DNA of 64,000 nt from Lytechinus pictus (Eukaryota). Position numbers and translations under genes: made by a program. The DNA lies in contig NC_087252.1 in the NCBI RefSeq assembly GCF_037042905.1, positions 5,272,001-5,336,000 of the forward strand, read 5' to 3'. This document shows positions 47,121 through 60,647 of the stretch, in pieces. Each line of letters starts with the position of its first letter. The first letter of the stretch is position 1. The notes beneath the pieces were generated by a model, which was given only the letters and a program-made list of their open reading frames with translations, did not search any database and was not told where the DNA came from.

Positions 47121-49998
47121 GAAGCTGTATTGGAAGCGATCTTCCAAGCCAGTTGAGAAAACCAACTCGCGATGTAGTTCCAAGATCGCTTTGCTTCGTT
47201 AAATTAGTTTAAGAGTGAGGACACATCCGTTCTTTAAAAAGCGATGTGCGCACATTTTTAGCGCGCTTCGGATTCAAATTTCGCGCGAAACATGTAACCC
47301 AAACAGTCATGCCCAATGAGAGTGTTCCTTTACTACTGTAGCAACAAGACCGTCTTACATGAAGTGATTTATCCGAAAAATAACTTTTGTGTGATCAGGT
47401 GGGAACGCTAAAAGCGTTCTTCCAAACTGGTTTGCTGAACCGGTTTCCAGTAAACTACTTTTGGAAAGTATAATGAGAACTGGCTCAGGCTACTGTTGAT
47501 AGGCAACACCGATGAATGAAAAAGCGGTATAAGACTAGAGAGGTTGGAGCGATGTTTTTTGAAGAAAAGTAAATGCCGGGCTATGCCATCCGATCTAATC
47601 TTTTGAGATTTAGACCTAAAAAATGAAACTTGTAATCACGATTGTGACCAAAGCTTTACAATCTCGCCTCAATTGTTATCAAAGAGGGCAAGAATGTGTA
47701 TATTATTTTTTTGGCCCGAATTGGGATTCGAACCCACTACCTTGCTATTGTATGCACAAGGATTATCCCAGTTACTCGGGCAGTTGTAGCTTTTCGATTC
47801 ATATTGATGAATGTTAAAGATGTGGTGGCTTTGAGTAAATAAACCATATTTTCAACGCCGGGAATAAAAGTTGGTAGGAAAAAAGACGCGGACAAGCGAT
47901 CAACAAATAATTTACTAAAGTTCACTGGACTGCATGGATTGGTAATTAATATACCCATGCAGGCTTCATATTGACAGCATATGTGATGAAGTTCACTTAA
48001 TTATTTTGAAATTTCAGATGTTTCTACTTTCTTGCAATTTAATCGCCCCCATTCATTATTTTAGAACTGCAATGAACATTCACAGAAGCGATACTTTTTG
48101 TTTTAGCACGATGAATGTTTTGCCTTGGTATTCATTAGGATGTTTTGACAATCACAAATGGGACAGATTCTACAACCTATCCAATCTATCGAAAATGCCC
48201 GTCAACATGGTCAAATCACAATATTAGCTGAGAGATCTTTGTCGGTGTTGGTTAACCGGGGCAGCTGATCGTCATAAGATTCTAATGATCGTAAGAGCTA
48301 GTGATGAGCAATTGCAAATATGTCGCTCGTCTAGAGTCAAGTGCTATTTTGATTCACCGATTTTCAATAGAGACTGCTTTGTCACGAACCCGTCATGAAG
48401 GGCTTTTGACAAAATATTTTCTATGTTGTTGAATCAGTCCCCGTCGCCATTGCGAAACCCCAAGATCATCTCTATTCTTGTAATCAATGATTCTCGGGTG
48501 AAGCATTGCTCTGTCACCTCGCTATAGTAATTCGTGATAGTAACATATGTTCTTTCCTGCAGTGCAACGAATATCACACCTCTTTCGGTACCTGTTTCAA
48601 ATTCAGGTAAAGCCTCTTGTACATGTGTAAGGGAGATAACAGATAGTACGATTCTAGTTCAAGAACTGGTTTCGTGGCTTTTTCTAATGGTGGATCGGCA
48701 GAAACGATGGGGAAAAGGGGGAAGGAGGAGAAACATGGAAGCTTTCATGGCCAAGGAAAGAAAAAGGAAACGCCGCTCAAACAATACTTGCCTATGCTTT
48801 CCAAGAAAGAACTAACGAGAAGGACCGTTTTCATGGTGTTGAAAAGAGTAAAGAAATAGCATCAAAAGCGTAAAAAAAGATCGAAACTAAAACCATCACA
48901 ACAACATGAACAAGATATACTTATTGTAATAGCATAATTAATGTGACACTATAGACTTGCCTATGTAGTCGCCACTGAAACCTGCCTATTAAAACATGGA
49001 GTAGTGTATATGTGTGTGTACAGCGCTTTGTAACCTACTGGAATATAAGCGCTATATCAAAATAATCGGATTAAAAAATAAATGACTATGACGCAACGGA
49101 ATGAAATGCGACCTGAAACTCGTAATATACTGACCTGAACAAAACAAAAAAATCCAGTCTTGGACTGTTTGCTATGACCCATGAGGAAGATTGATATCTT
49201 ATCAATAAATAATGCGAGCGCGAAGCGTGAGCTAAAAAAGGTTATATACTCTCACCTGAAAACCTGACTTTATCAGCATTTTTTGGTAAAAATGTTTTAG
49301 TCAAGTAGAACCCCAACAGAACCGTAAAGTTGGGTATGACTACTGGAAATTGTAGTACAGGATTTCTACTCCAAGAATCGGACGGGTGCCACGTGGGAAC
49401 CCTTGGGCATTTCTTGTTATTGACGTCATACGTCACGTCCACTTTTATATGATGTTCATGTTTATTTTACCTAGTTAACATGTCATGTTTTGTATCAAAT
49501 CAAAGCTAATGAAAAATCAAATGCAAATAAATGGATAACTGGGCATTTTAAACATGCCTAGGTCAGTAAAAGGTCGTTTAAGGTCATAAAAGGTCAAATT
49601 TCCTTACAAATATAAGTAAGACATATAAAGCGGAACAAACCATGCTTTAGATACAAACAATTCAGGTCTGCATTTTTGGCAAAGGTTAAGTTTGAGAGTG
49701 TAAATATTAAGAATTCGATGGATGCTACCTTGGCATCTTGAGGAATTTATTTTTCTGACGTCATTAACCACACTAACTTTCAGTTGTATTCCTCGTAAAT
49801 ATGATTCTTCTATTTAGCGGAATAAGCAAATCATGTTTGATATCACATTACATAAAATGTTAATTAAAATCCACATAATTTGAATCACTACGGATTTAAA
49901 ACGAGTCCGGGGCATTTAAGGGCCATTTAAGGTCATAAAATACCCAAATATATATATATATATATATTGTAAAGAAATGAATGAAGAGAACTTCTCAC

Positions 49999-50068
<70 letters not shown>

Positions 50069-50071
<3 letters not shown>

Positions 50072-51016
50072 TGCGTATCAAAAAAAGTTTACACTTAGAA
50101 AAAATCCTATAAAATGATACATTTGTGATATCCTGAAGATTTTCCCACATTCTAACATTGGTACAGTTCCATTTAAAGCAATGACGATATAACTGTCGAA
50201 AAATATTTCCGCTTGAGTGAGCACCACTTACTTTTGAAAAGTTAGTGAAAAATAATTTGCGCAGAAATTTAAAATAGTTAAGTGAATAAAAGTAGACCTT
50301 AATCATGAAGAACACGTGAAATTTAGCTAGTAAAATTGGTTTGAAGATATTTTTTACCTTTTGAACTTGTTTCCTTGCCCAAAACACTTTGAAGAGTGCA
50401 ATGCGCTCCACCCCACTCCCCCACATACCGATGCCATTGTGACGATATTTGTTTTACACTGAGCTGCGATTTACATTAAACGGCTTAGGCTTGATTTTCA
50501 TTTTGTTTATCATTGTCAAGCTTGGGAAAAGTGTGGAGAAAAAGGTATTAAATGAAAAATGAAATGTAAACCCACTTTAAACGATAAAAACTTAGTGAAA
50601 AAATGCTGGAGATTCAGTTATGTCCTCAGATCCAGCTGGCAAAAAAGGGGTAAACGTTGTGCTTACTTAGTGTTGAAATTTTAATTTGGGTGGCAAAATT
50701 GTTACAAAATGCTTGAAGGTATCCATTTTATTTCAATAGACTAAAAGTGCAAGGAAAATGTTTAGAAGGGTAAGTTTGATTTCGCCCTTTCCCCTTGAAA
50801 CAGCGTGAAAACGAGCATTTCTGCGCAAACAGATTTCTGCGACCTTTACAAAAATGGACAGTGCTCACTCAAGTGTAACATTCTGTCAAAACTTTTACTT
50901 TCATTGGATAGATGAGACCCAAACCCAAGATTATATGTGAAAAAAATACCCACATGTTGTATATCTTTTAATTTGCAGGGCTTTTCCAAAGTGTAAACTT
51001 TTTTTGATACGCACTG
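50069..51016. mobile_element. Tc1/mariner-type MITE (948 bp, TA TSD) next to (TA)n microsatellites
   Basis: 28-bp TIRs CAGTGCGTATCAAAAAAAGTTTACACTT / AAGTGTAAACTTTTTTTGATACGCACTG, each flanked by TA. Confidence 0.9.
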
Positions 51017-51037
51017 TATATCTGTCCCCCTCTCTCT

Positions 51038-51092
<55 letters not shown>

Positions 51093-51539
51093 AAGTGAAA
51101 TAAACTTCTCGGTGATGAAATGAAGGTTGAAAAATGATTTAACCACACGTTTTGTACCAATTACATGAATTACAAGGATAGGTATCTAAATGAACAATTG
51201 ATGCGAGTGCGAAGCGCGAGGTGAAACTTTTAATACTTTGATCTGAAAAAATGTCATTTTATCGAGTTTTGACTTAAGAACAACATATATATTTGACAAA
51301 CAATTATTGCAAATGTGAAACGTGCGCATTTGAGGTTTAGACCCTATAAAAGGAGAATTTTACCTTGTTTTTATTGAGCCTAATACACACACACCCTCAC
51401 ACACACTTTTCGGTGATTATATGAAGGTTCCCCCCAAAAAGAAGAAAAGTATTAAACAACAAATGATCTGAAGAGGTTGTTAAGAACAACTAATACAGCT
51501 TATATAGCTTCGTCTACAAGGCTCTATTATTCATATGTT

Positions 51540-53340
51540 TGAATGTTTGATTCAACATGAGATTGCTTGCAATATAATCAAATATATCCCGAACAGAGAG
51601 TATGATGTGCCAAGTAATAACACGTATTGTTCGGACTTGGAAATGTCACTTCCTTGTTCATGTGGAAAACGAATATAGTCAAACCAGTATGCAATGAATG
51701 GTGATACACTATGTAGACAGTCTGAATGGGGAAAACCAGACGACATTATCGACCGGAGTACATTTAACTGCCAACGGAAAATCTTTTGTGATAATAAAAT
51801 ATTAACCGCCGGAACCGTGATGACTACGGTGTATGTAAACAAAGAGAACTCTATTCAGGGTTATAAAGCTTCACCCGTCCAATATAGAATAAATGAACTT
51901 TATGACCCATTGCTTTTCCCAGGTCATGCATCCTGATCCACATCTATATTGCATAGGAAAAAATGAAAGTATTGCATAAATGTTAAAAAAAAAAAGTGTA
52001 TAAAAGAATAGAGAAACAAGTTCACTGACGTTTGAATAAATCCTATGCTAGTCTCATCATGTTCATTTCGTCTTAAATGAGAAAAAATATATTGACAGCA
52101 TATCACATTCATCTGTTTTCAGTGGAAACGTCACTACCAAGTTATTGATTGCGATTATCCTTTGCACATTCCTGAATTAAAAAGGTTTACCACCCGCCCT
52201 GTATTTATTTTTATTTTGTTTTATTTATTTAATTTATTTATTTATTTATTTTTTTTTTTTTTTGGGGGGGGGGATAATGCATGAATGAAGTTTAATTAAT
52301 AAATGATTAAAGAAAATGGCACTGCAATATCATGTTTGTCTAAGATGAAAGTATAGCCATTAAAAAAAATCAAGTTGAAACTATTCTTTTGGATATATTC
52401 TACCCACACCATACATGCATGCGACATATTTTGAGGGAGTTTTTATTCACCATCATAATAAAAAAAAAATGAACACATGCGCAGATCTTTTCAATATCAC
52501 GCCATGATTGCCGTCTGTTTACTCTACATGTACGTTAGTTTTTGCCTCTTTTTTTGTGCCTACCGACGCGACCCCTCTCTCCCCATTTCCCGTGTATTCT
52601 TTGTCACACATGATGTTCAATATCAAATGGTATCCCCCGGTGACCTCTTGTAAATGTATTATAGACTGATTTCGTTTAACTGTGTTGCGGCAGGAGAGTT
52701 CGCTCTACCAGGAGCCAAAACAAAACACGTTTGGATATGTTAATCTTCGTACGAAGCGTGATATTTTGTGAAATCGCCTTGTGATGCTGTGGATCAAAAT
52801 GTGCTTTCATATTTTTGCTTGCTAACAGTCTGTCGTATCAACATTAATATGTCTGAGTGAATCAAGAGCGACAACCGCTTAACAGACTGCAGTTTCCTTG
52901 TGTTATAAGAAACGATTGCAGACGGTTGACAGCAACTGGTCAAGGGAATATGATCGATATTTTTAATCATTCATATTCACTGCCCACCACAGTTGTACAA
53001 TTCATTTCATATCAATTGTGATAAACTACCCTGCAACCACCATGTTCTTACTAAAAAAATGTTTCATCTTCAACGTGTTCATGGTCATGTGTAGCGGTTC
53101 AGAATGTAAGTGAATGTATAGAGATGATCTATAATCTACTTTTACAGTGTTATATATACATTATGTATAGTGCAGGAACAATAAGGTGTTGTATGCTTGA
53201 GATTACTGTCTGTTCACTAGCGATATCATAAACTACTCTAAAGCATGTGTACAGAATTAAATGTTTCCACAACTTTAATTGTTTTCTATTTTTATGCAAA
53301 CAAAGGAGGTAGGCAATTATTCAAAGCACATGTGAAATTT
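51540..53340 (+). repeat. Paralogous block B of the tandem duplication (lacks the 3.4-kb foldback)
   Basis: Colinear similarity to 21960-22098 + 25466-27030. Confidence 0.85.
53042..53105 (+). CDS. Putative first coding exon (signal peptide MFLLKKCFIFNVFMVMCSGSE), copy B
   Basis: CAACCACCATG context, phase-1 donor GTAAGT at 53106, TATA-like TATAAG at 52904. Confidence 0.65.
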
Positions 53341-54539
53341 TTACAGAGCGTCCCACTCAAAAGGAAACCCGTTTTAATTCCGAGAAAGATTTCAAAATCA
53401 TTAAATATGTTTTTGCTATAATATGTACTATAAATTTGGTGCTCATGGCAAGAGTGTAATCTCATCTCTCATTTTGAACCAAAAGCTTAGCAAATAGTTC
53501 ACGTATGGCAGATCACAAACAATAAATATTAAGACGTATCAGAAACGATTGGCGCTGAAATTCACGTGCGAATCTGAATCCATTCTTATTTCAGGGATCA
53601 GTCAGAGAATCATAAACAAAGGATATGCTTATGAGCCAATCGTCGAATTTGACATAAGAATACCAAACCCATCTTGCTAATAAATGCATGAAGTATTCGT
53701 CTCATATTAGGTATGAAATTAAAGAGGAATAATTGAATGATATAATGATGTAAATGAAATATAATGATTTATTTTCCTTTGAAAGAAAAAGCCATGGGAA
53801 TGCCGATTTCTTTTTTGTGCACTTTTTGCTACAAGCATAATATTTGGCATAATGATAAAATGCTAATATTCAGACCTGAAAACTTGATTTTTGATATTGA
53901 AACATATAAAAATGTACATTCCAAGCACCTTTTGTAACCATGAATATTAGAAGGTGTCTCACTAAAATTGATGAAAGTTGAAAATGTAGATTTTCCGACA
54001 TGAAACGCCTACGGTTTGGGCACATTTTAAATGAAGATACAGGGACATTCTATGAACCAAGGCTATTTTCTTGCTAAAAGATGCGAGCGCGAAGCGCAAG
54101 CTGAAAATTTCGATCTGAAAACTTGACATTTTAGGCACGTTTGAAATAAAAATAACGTACAAGTTCTGTATTTCAATGAACAATTGATTCGAGTTGATAA
54201 TTTATTTTACTAACTCGGAAGGGAACATGCGAATAACTCTTCAACATTTTGTTTAAGATTAACAAATTTGCTAATTGCCTAATTCACCATCCATATTCGT
54301 ATTTTTTTTTGCTTATTTTTCTTGCTTATTTTTTCCCTTCCTCTTTTCTTTTTCTCTTCCATCCTGGTCTCTCTTTCGTTTTTTCTCCCCATTTACTCCT
54401 CTTCCTTTGCCAATAGGGACAGAAGCCGCCCGAGCCCCGTAAATCTTCCCATCACCTTTCCCTTTCTAATCTGTTTGGGAGGCAAAGAGTTGCAAGATCC
54501 TAGATTCACAATTTTGTTTAAAAAAATAACAAGTGATAC

Positions 54540-55420
54540 AATTCCCATCTAAATTTGTCCTCTTCATTTCCTTTTTACTAACCACTTCGACTTATCCCTC
54601 TCTTTTCTCTCGCATTTCTCTTCTCTCTCTTTTTTTTTCTTTCTTCCCTTTCTGGTTCTTTTCTTTCCCCTCTCCGGTCTCTTCTCTCCTTTCTCCCCTT
54701 TTCCTTTTTACCTCTTTCATTTCCACTCTCCCTCTTATCTCTTTTTGTTCTCCTTCCCCCTCTTTGAGCCCTTCCACCTCCCTCTCATTCTACCCTTCCT
54801 TTAATCTCCTTTTTCTTTTTTCTTTTATCCATATTCCCCTATCTTTTTTCCTCTCTTCCCTTTCCGTTCTCTTCGCTTTTTCCTTTTCTCCCCTTTCTCT
54901 TCCTTTTTTCCCTTTGAATCTCCTTTACCCTTTATTCTTCCTCCTCTTCTTCTCCTTTTTCCTCTTGTCCCCTTCCCTTCATTTTTTCTTCTCTTTTTGT
55001 CTCCCTTCCCTTTCTTTTTTTCTTTCTCCTCTGCCTTATTTTCCTTTTCATTTTATCTCCTTTTTCTCTTTCCCCTCCTCATTTTCGTTCTCCTTTCCAC
55101 TTCCTTTCCTTTTCTCCATTTCTGTCTCATGTCCTTTTTCTTTCCCCTCCCCCTTTTATTTATTTCCTTTTTTTTTCTCTCTTTCCCCTGTTCTGTCTTT
55201 TCGTCTTCCTTTTATTTCTCCTTCCCTTCCTTTCCGGTTTCTTCTCTTGGTCTCTTTCCCTTTCCTTTCATTTCTTTTTCCTCTTTGTCTTTACTTTCCC
55301 CTCTCCATTTATTTCTCTCTTATTCTCCTTTTTCTCTTTCCTTTTCTTTTCCTTTCTTTCTTTTTTTTTTCTTTCTTTCCCTTCATTTTTTCCCTTTCTT
55401 CTGTTTTTTTTTTTTTTGGG
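54540..55420. repeat. ~0.9 kb polypyrimidine low-complexity tract
   Basis: Almost exclusively C/T on the + strand; the F/L/S/P-rich ORFs here are artefacts. Confidence 0.95.
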
Positions 55421-56465
55421 GGGGGGGGGGGAGGGGGCGAGGCCCCTTCGGCTCTCCCATGGATCTTTGCCTGGTTCATACGCATAAATGATCAAAACAC
55501 ATGACGAAAGAGCCAGGTAAAAATTTGAAACATATAATTTATAATCAGATCATGTATATATAAATAAATATGTATTATTTAATCCCATAATTTGAACACA
55601 GATTTATCATGTTATACATTGGCTTAAGCTTTAGTAAACCTGACTTCAGAATACCGGACTAATGTGTACTTATAATGTGCAATATTTAAGCATTTGAAAT
55701 TCCCAAATAATGCGTATGCTACACTATAATATTGTCGGGCGCGCAAAAATCATATTCCCAAAGGGAAGCATGATCAGACTTTATTCATTGATGCATGCAC
55801 AGATATACTACAAACATGACAAGGCAAACATGGAAAGCCTAAATATAGTCTGGGGAAAACCACGTAACATTTGACCCCAGCTGACAACGCGCTATGACGC
55901 ACACGTGTTGCTGTTATGAATGGTGTAGCTGCAATTTCCTTGATTTCTTCTCACAACTCTCTGCTTAAACTGCACTTGAAAATTGAAGAGCTCACTTGCA
56001 AAAGGGGTTACTAGGTCCTTTTTTCATCAAATCACATTTTTTTGTCTCAATGTATAGAATTTTAGTAGCTCTATAATATGATACTAAAGACAAGTTGAAA
56101 TTCTCATTAAAAAGTGATCCAAAATGGCAAAGAAAAATCCCTTTTTCTCAAAAGGGGTTAGGTCCATTTCAGTTTAGTTGGAAAAGGGGTTAGGTTCACA
56201 GATAATTTTTTTGGAAAAGTTTATTAAAAAAAATATGAAGACAGGTAGATTTCTTTTATACCCAATTTTATGTACTCTTGGTAGCGTATCATGAAAATTT
56301 AGTTCCGCCTATTAAAGAATAATGCTATATGGAAGAATAAAAAGATGATTTTCTTGGAGTGGACCTTACACTGTTTTGCAAACAAACTATTCTGAAGAGC
56401 TCATTTGTCAAAAGGGGCTAAATCCATTGTTCATAAATTTTATTGTCTTGCGATCGCCCCACCAA

Positions 56466-56522
<57 letters not shown>

Positions 56523-56597
56523 AAAGTTATACATGTACAACTCTGGGGAACCTTGATTTAAGCTACGCCTACCATTGTTCTCTTCATCCATTTCTTT

Positions 56598-56652
<55 letters not shown>

Positions 56653-56738
56653 GGGGGGGCAAACATGTAGTTTTGCCCCCTCCCAAAAAAAAAAATCCGC
56701 ATGTGCAATATATATATATATATATATATATGGGCATA

Positions 56739-56904
56739 CACTGTAAAACATGAAGTGCTAATTAAGTACTTCCAGTGCTTGTATAGTGACTGCACTACCA
56801 GTGCTGATTTTCTGGTTCAAATTCGAACTAGAAAATCAGCACTCGAAGTGCGGTCACTATACAAGCACTGTAAGTGCTAATTTAGCACTTCATTTTTTAC
56901 AGTG
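56739..56904. mobile_element. 166-bp near-perfect hairpin MITE (CACTGTAAAA..TTTTACAGTG, TA flanks)
   Basis: Arms pair along almost the whole length, e.g. CAGTGCTTGTATAGTGAC / GTCACTATACAAGCACTG and AGTGCTGATTTTCT / AGAAAATCAGCACT. Confidence 0.9.
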
Positions 56905-58329
56905 TACGTGTGTGTGTGAGTTTGTTTGATTTGTGTGATCGAACGCCTTTGGAAAGTTGATTCATGATTTTGCCCCTCCCAATCTGAAAAATGGATCGAC
57001 GCCCCTGCAAACAACAGCTTTAGATACTTGTCTATTTATTCCCTTTTGCAAAATCTTCCGTGATAATGACGACACATAAATCAACAACTTGTCACCAAAT
57101 ACGGCCTTGTATTTTGTAATGAAGTTTCTAGGTCGACATAACCAACGACCAGCGAATAAATCTTTAACCAGCATCAACTGTCAGCAACCAGTGTGTCAAC
57201 AATTGCGGTTCGCTGAAATAAAAAACAAATAAACATAAAACACAGTGTTAATATGCATTTGTCAATAACAACACAACTTAATCATTACTGAATATAGTCA
57301 TGGTAATAGCTTCAAATATAACCCACAGGGAATAAGTATCAAAGATACTATAAAAAATGTACAATGGTCAAGGATACTGACGTGATTAAAGGAAACCTAA
57401 ATAATTGTTCATATTATTTGAGTTGAATGATTGTTGTTTGGTAACAATAATGAATTGGTAATCAATAACTGTAATTAATATCAGAATGAATCTTAAATTC
57501 CTTTTTAGTTCTTGGAGGACAAAATATGAATAAACATAATTTCATGTAGTGAAATAAAAAAGGATAAGTGATGATATGACATCATCAGTTTGCTCATTGA
57601 AGACTGGCAAATAATTTTTTTATCGAAATAATGCAAATCTTTAAAATGTTATAACCTCGTTATTCATTGTTCGATTTTGCAGATATATTCAATGTTTATC
57701 TGATTTTTCTTTATCTGCGCAAATCATATAATTTAAAGTTTAGCCTGTCCCATCTAATCCGGGAGGCGAATGTAAAGAATCCGACAAGTCCAGCATAGGA
57801 TATTGAATGCCAATCAAGAGGACTTTAACAAGGACTACACAATTACCCATGACCTCTACCGACACAAGTTGCCTCAATGAGACAATGGGCATAAGTTGTG
57901 TCGAAAGATGTCAAGGGTTTTAGAGAAAGAGTGATCCATCCTTATATTTTTATGTGTATGTTTATATATTCATATTTAATCTAATATCTTGTGAAATGTA
58001 TTTTATTGTGATTTTTATACGGTAAATAAAACCAAACCAAACCAAACGTTAGAGCTCCAAAAACTAAGCATCAGTAAGGTAAAGCTCAGAATTGCTACAA
58101 TGCATTAAAGAGGACCATAACAGGGTTTGTAGACCAGCCTATAATACATAATTTGAACGGATTGACACTGATCCAGGCTGTAACAATTAGCATGTTGGGA
58201 GCCCTTGATATCATGTGCTATGATTACATTGGAATAGCGTTATTAATAGAAGGCAAAAGATTTTGTCTTAGTATTCACCTCTGATCATGATGATGATTAC
58301 ACTGCTCTACAAGTCCTGGGACGCAGTCC

Positions 58330-58560
58330 TGACCCAGACATGGCCAGATAACATATTGTTTAGTCCAGCAGGTGTAGCCAAACTACTGAAGAAATTGTTA
58401 AAGAAAAACAACCTGCATGACGCTACTAGGCCATATGAAATCTTTGCTACACTTCTTAATGAGACTACTCATCAGATCTTACCTGCGATATAGTTTGCTT
58501 TTCCTGCCCTCCCTTTATGCGGTGAAATTTCAGGAAAGTCTAAGTCGTTCCCATCCATAT
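58330..58560 (+). pseudogene. Highly degraded CR1-type ORF2 fragment
   Basis: FSPAGVAKLLKKL..ATRPYEIFATLLNETTHQILP resembles the pre-RT motif GVxKLLxxL..KAxGPDxI..LKE. Confidence 0.5.
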
Positions 58561-59094
58561 AAGAAATGGTTGTCAGTTGTTAACAAACTACACACTTATT
58601 CAAATACTGTGCTTTGGTCTTGTCAATCCAATCATCTTGTCAGACTAACAACGCGGCTTTAGGAAGAGAAGAACATATTTCCAGTATTGTTCTTTGAATA
58701 GAAAATTATATTAGGATAAATTTGAATGCTTAGTGATAGCATATTAATAATAATAAAAAAACTGAAATGTTTTAGCTGCAGTTAATGTGAGAAAAAATAA
58801 AAAATTCTTGACATTTTCCATATAAGGATACTTATTTGCAAAATATTCAAATGAGGCAGATTTGCTAGTTTTTTAAAGACATTGAACTTATTCATTCATC
58901 ATGAACTACTGTTCAAATTACTTGCTGTGGACATTTAATTTGTAATATTTGCATTATTTTCTTTATTTTCTATTTCTTTATAAATGGCTAATTTGCAGGA
59001 TATGCTAATTAATTTTCAGGCATTGGGGTGAATTCTAATGCTTAGTGATAGAAGCATATTAATGTCAACATTAATTATTTTTTTTCTTCTTCTT

Positions 59095-59380
59095 CTTATT
59101 TATTTTTATTATTTATTTCGTTTTGTTTACCCAGGGTAACCCCATCAGTGGACTAAGCACTGTTTTTCTTGGGGGCCCTGCTTACAAGTGACAAATACAT
59201 ACATATAACAAGTACAAACAGTGAAAAGGTATTAAACAATGAAAAAATATGTTCAAAGAGACAAGCAACCTGCAGGACATATACACAGACATACTGAAAT
59301 ACATGTGTGTATGTAGAACAAAAGTCAACATATATATTGTGCATAAGCAAATCCAGATAAGTATATATTCCCTATGATCA
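59095..59380 (-). mobile_element. Short L2/CR1-type 3' UTR/tail fragment
   Basis: Terminal stem-loop CAGGG-CCCCCA..TGGGG..CCCTG (59180-59132) followed by an AATAAA-rich tail; flanked by (TTC)n. Confidence 0.65.
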
Positions 59381-59404
59381 TATGATTCTTCTTCTTCTTC
59401 TTCT

Positions 59405-59824
59405 TCAGGGTAGACCTGTGTCCTTCACATTTGAAGATTTTCACGCAGTCTATATGGGAAAAATCACAATATCTTGACTTTTTTCCATATAAGGATGCTT
59501 ATTTGCATAATATGCAAATGAGGTGGAATTTTTTGCACTTTTGATTAAAAACATTGAATTCAATTATTTATCATGAATTTGCATTCAAATTAAATTGTTT
59601 TAGACACTTAATTTGTAATCTTTGGATTATTTTCTTTCTTTTTTCTAAATTTTTATGGCTAATTTGCATAATATGCAAATTTCATAAATGTCCACTTCTT
59701 GGATTTTTTGGGGGACTTTTAGTATGTTGTTTAGGGGACCTTCCTCAAAAGTATTTCAGTGGAATATCTCGTGTTGCAATTAGTGGTGGGTTACCCCCCT
59801 ATTCTGGCTAGATCGACTGGACTA
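59405..59824. mobile_element. Fragment of a non-autonomous element ending in GATCGACTGGACTA (TAG-type terminus); partial duplicate at ~58805-59020
   Basis: The terminus resembles TTGACCCGTCTA of the 22099-25465 element; TTCCATATAAGGAT..CTTATTTGCA..CAAATGAGG occurs twice. Confidence 0.45.
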
Positions 59825-60647
59825 ATAGTAATGTAGATGTGGTGTGTGCTTGTGTGTATTTCGTACATATACAGCTGATAATATTCATGCACGCTGCATG
59901 ACATTCAGAGGATTCAGCTGTAGCATTATAACAGCCATGCAATAGAGGCCTGTTGCACGCTCGAGCAAAGCAGCAGATCCCAAACTCAATAAAAGTATGC
60001 GAACCATAGCATGCGCATATGAGAGGCCAAACAAGCCATTAATATGATGTATTATTGATACATGTATAATTTTAGCCAATCACACAACGAGAAACGTCAT
60101 GAATACATCTATTCCACTATTCCACCCAACTATACATCCATGCATTCACGCCACTCCAGCCAATACAGGTATAGTTTCAACCAATCAGATTGCGAGAAAC
60201 TATACTACGTCTAACCCCTACGCACCTGTCCCTCACTGGAAATGCAGGGAGTTCGGGATACCGAGAAGGAACCAGGATTTAGATCTGTTAGCGCTGAGTT
60301 CCAACTCGGATGAGGGGCTAGTTCAATGACCACCAAATTAGAATATATGTTTCAAATTATAAAGTAATGCAACAAACGTAAGCGCTGGAACACAATAGAA
60401 ATAATGTGTCATATACTTTTAATTAATTCTCTGACCTCAGAACTGTCACTGAATCAAACAAAACTTATAACAACGAATGACTATTATATTTCATCTATCT
60501 TTTAACTGTACATATTTTACGACATATTATCCAAACTTATAACGAAAAATGAACGTTCAAATAACTTATTTACCAGTGAATGTTTTGCAGATGGGGAGGA
60601 GAGGAATTAGTAATTGAGAAAATTGTAGTAAATTAAGTGGCCACTTA

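Noticed and set aside
51552..51936. ORFs on either strand in the duplicated upstream block, including a minus-strand pseudo-exon ending PE-stop in both copies
   Set aside because: The paralog shows frame-breaking indels and stops, and mostly non-synonymous differences, which argues for non-coding sequence.
54533..55504. 323-aa hydrophobic ORF as a membrane protein (likewise 11613-12246 and 36496-37182)
   Set aside because: These are translations of C/T-rich or homopolymer low-complexity DNA.
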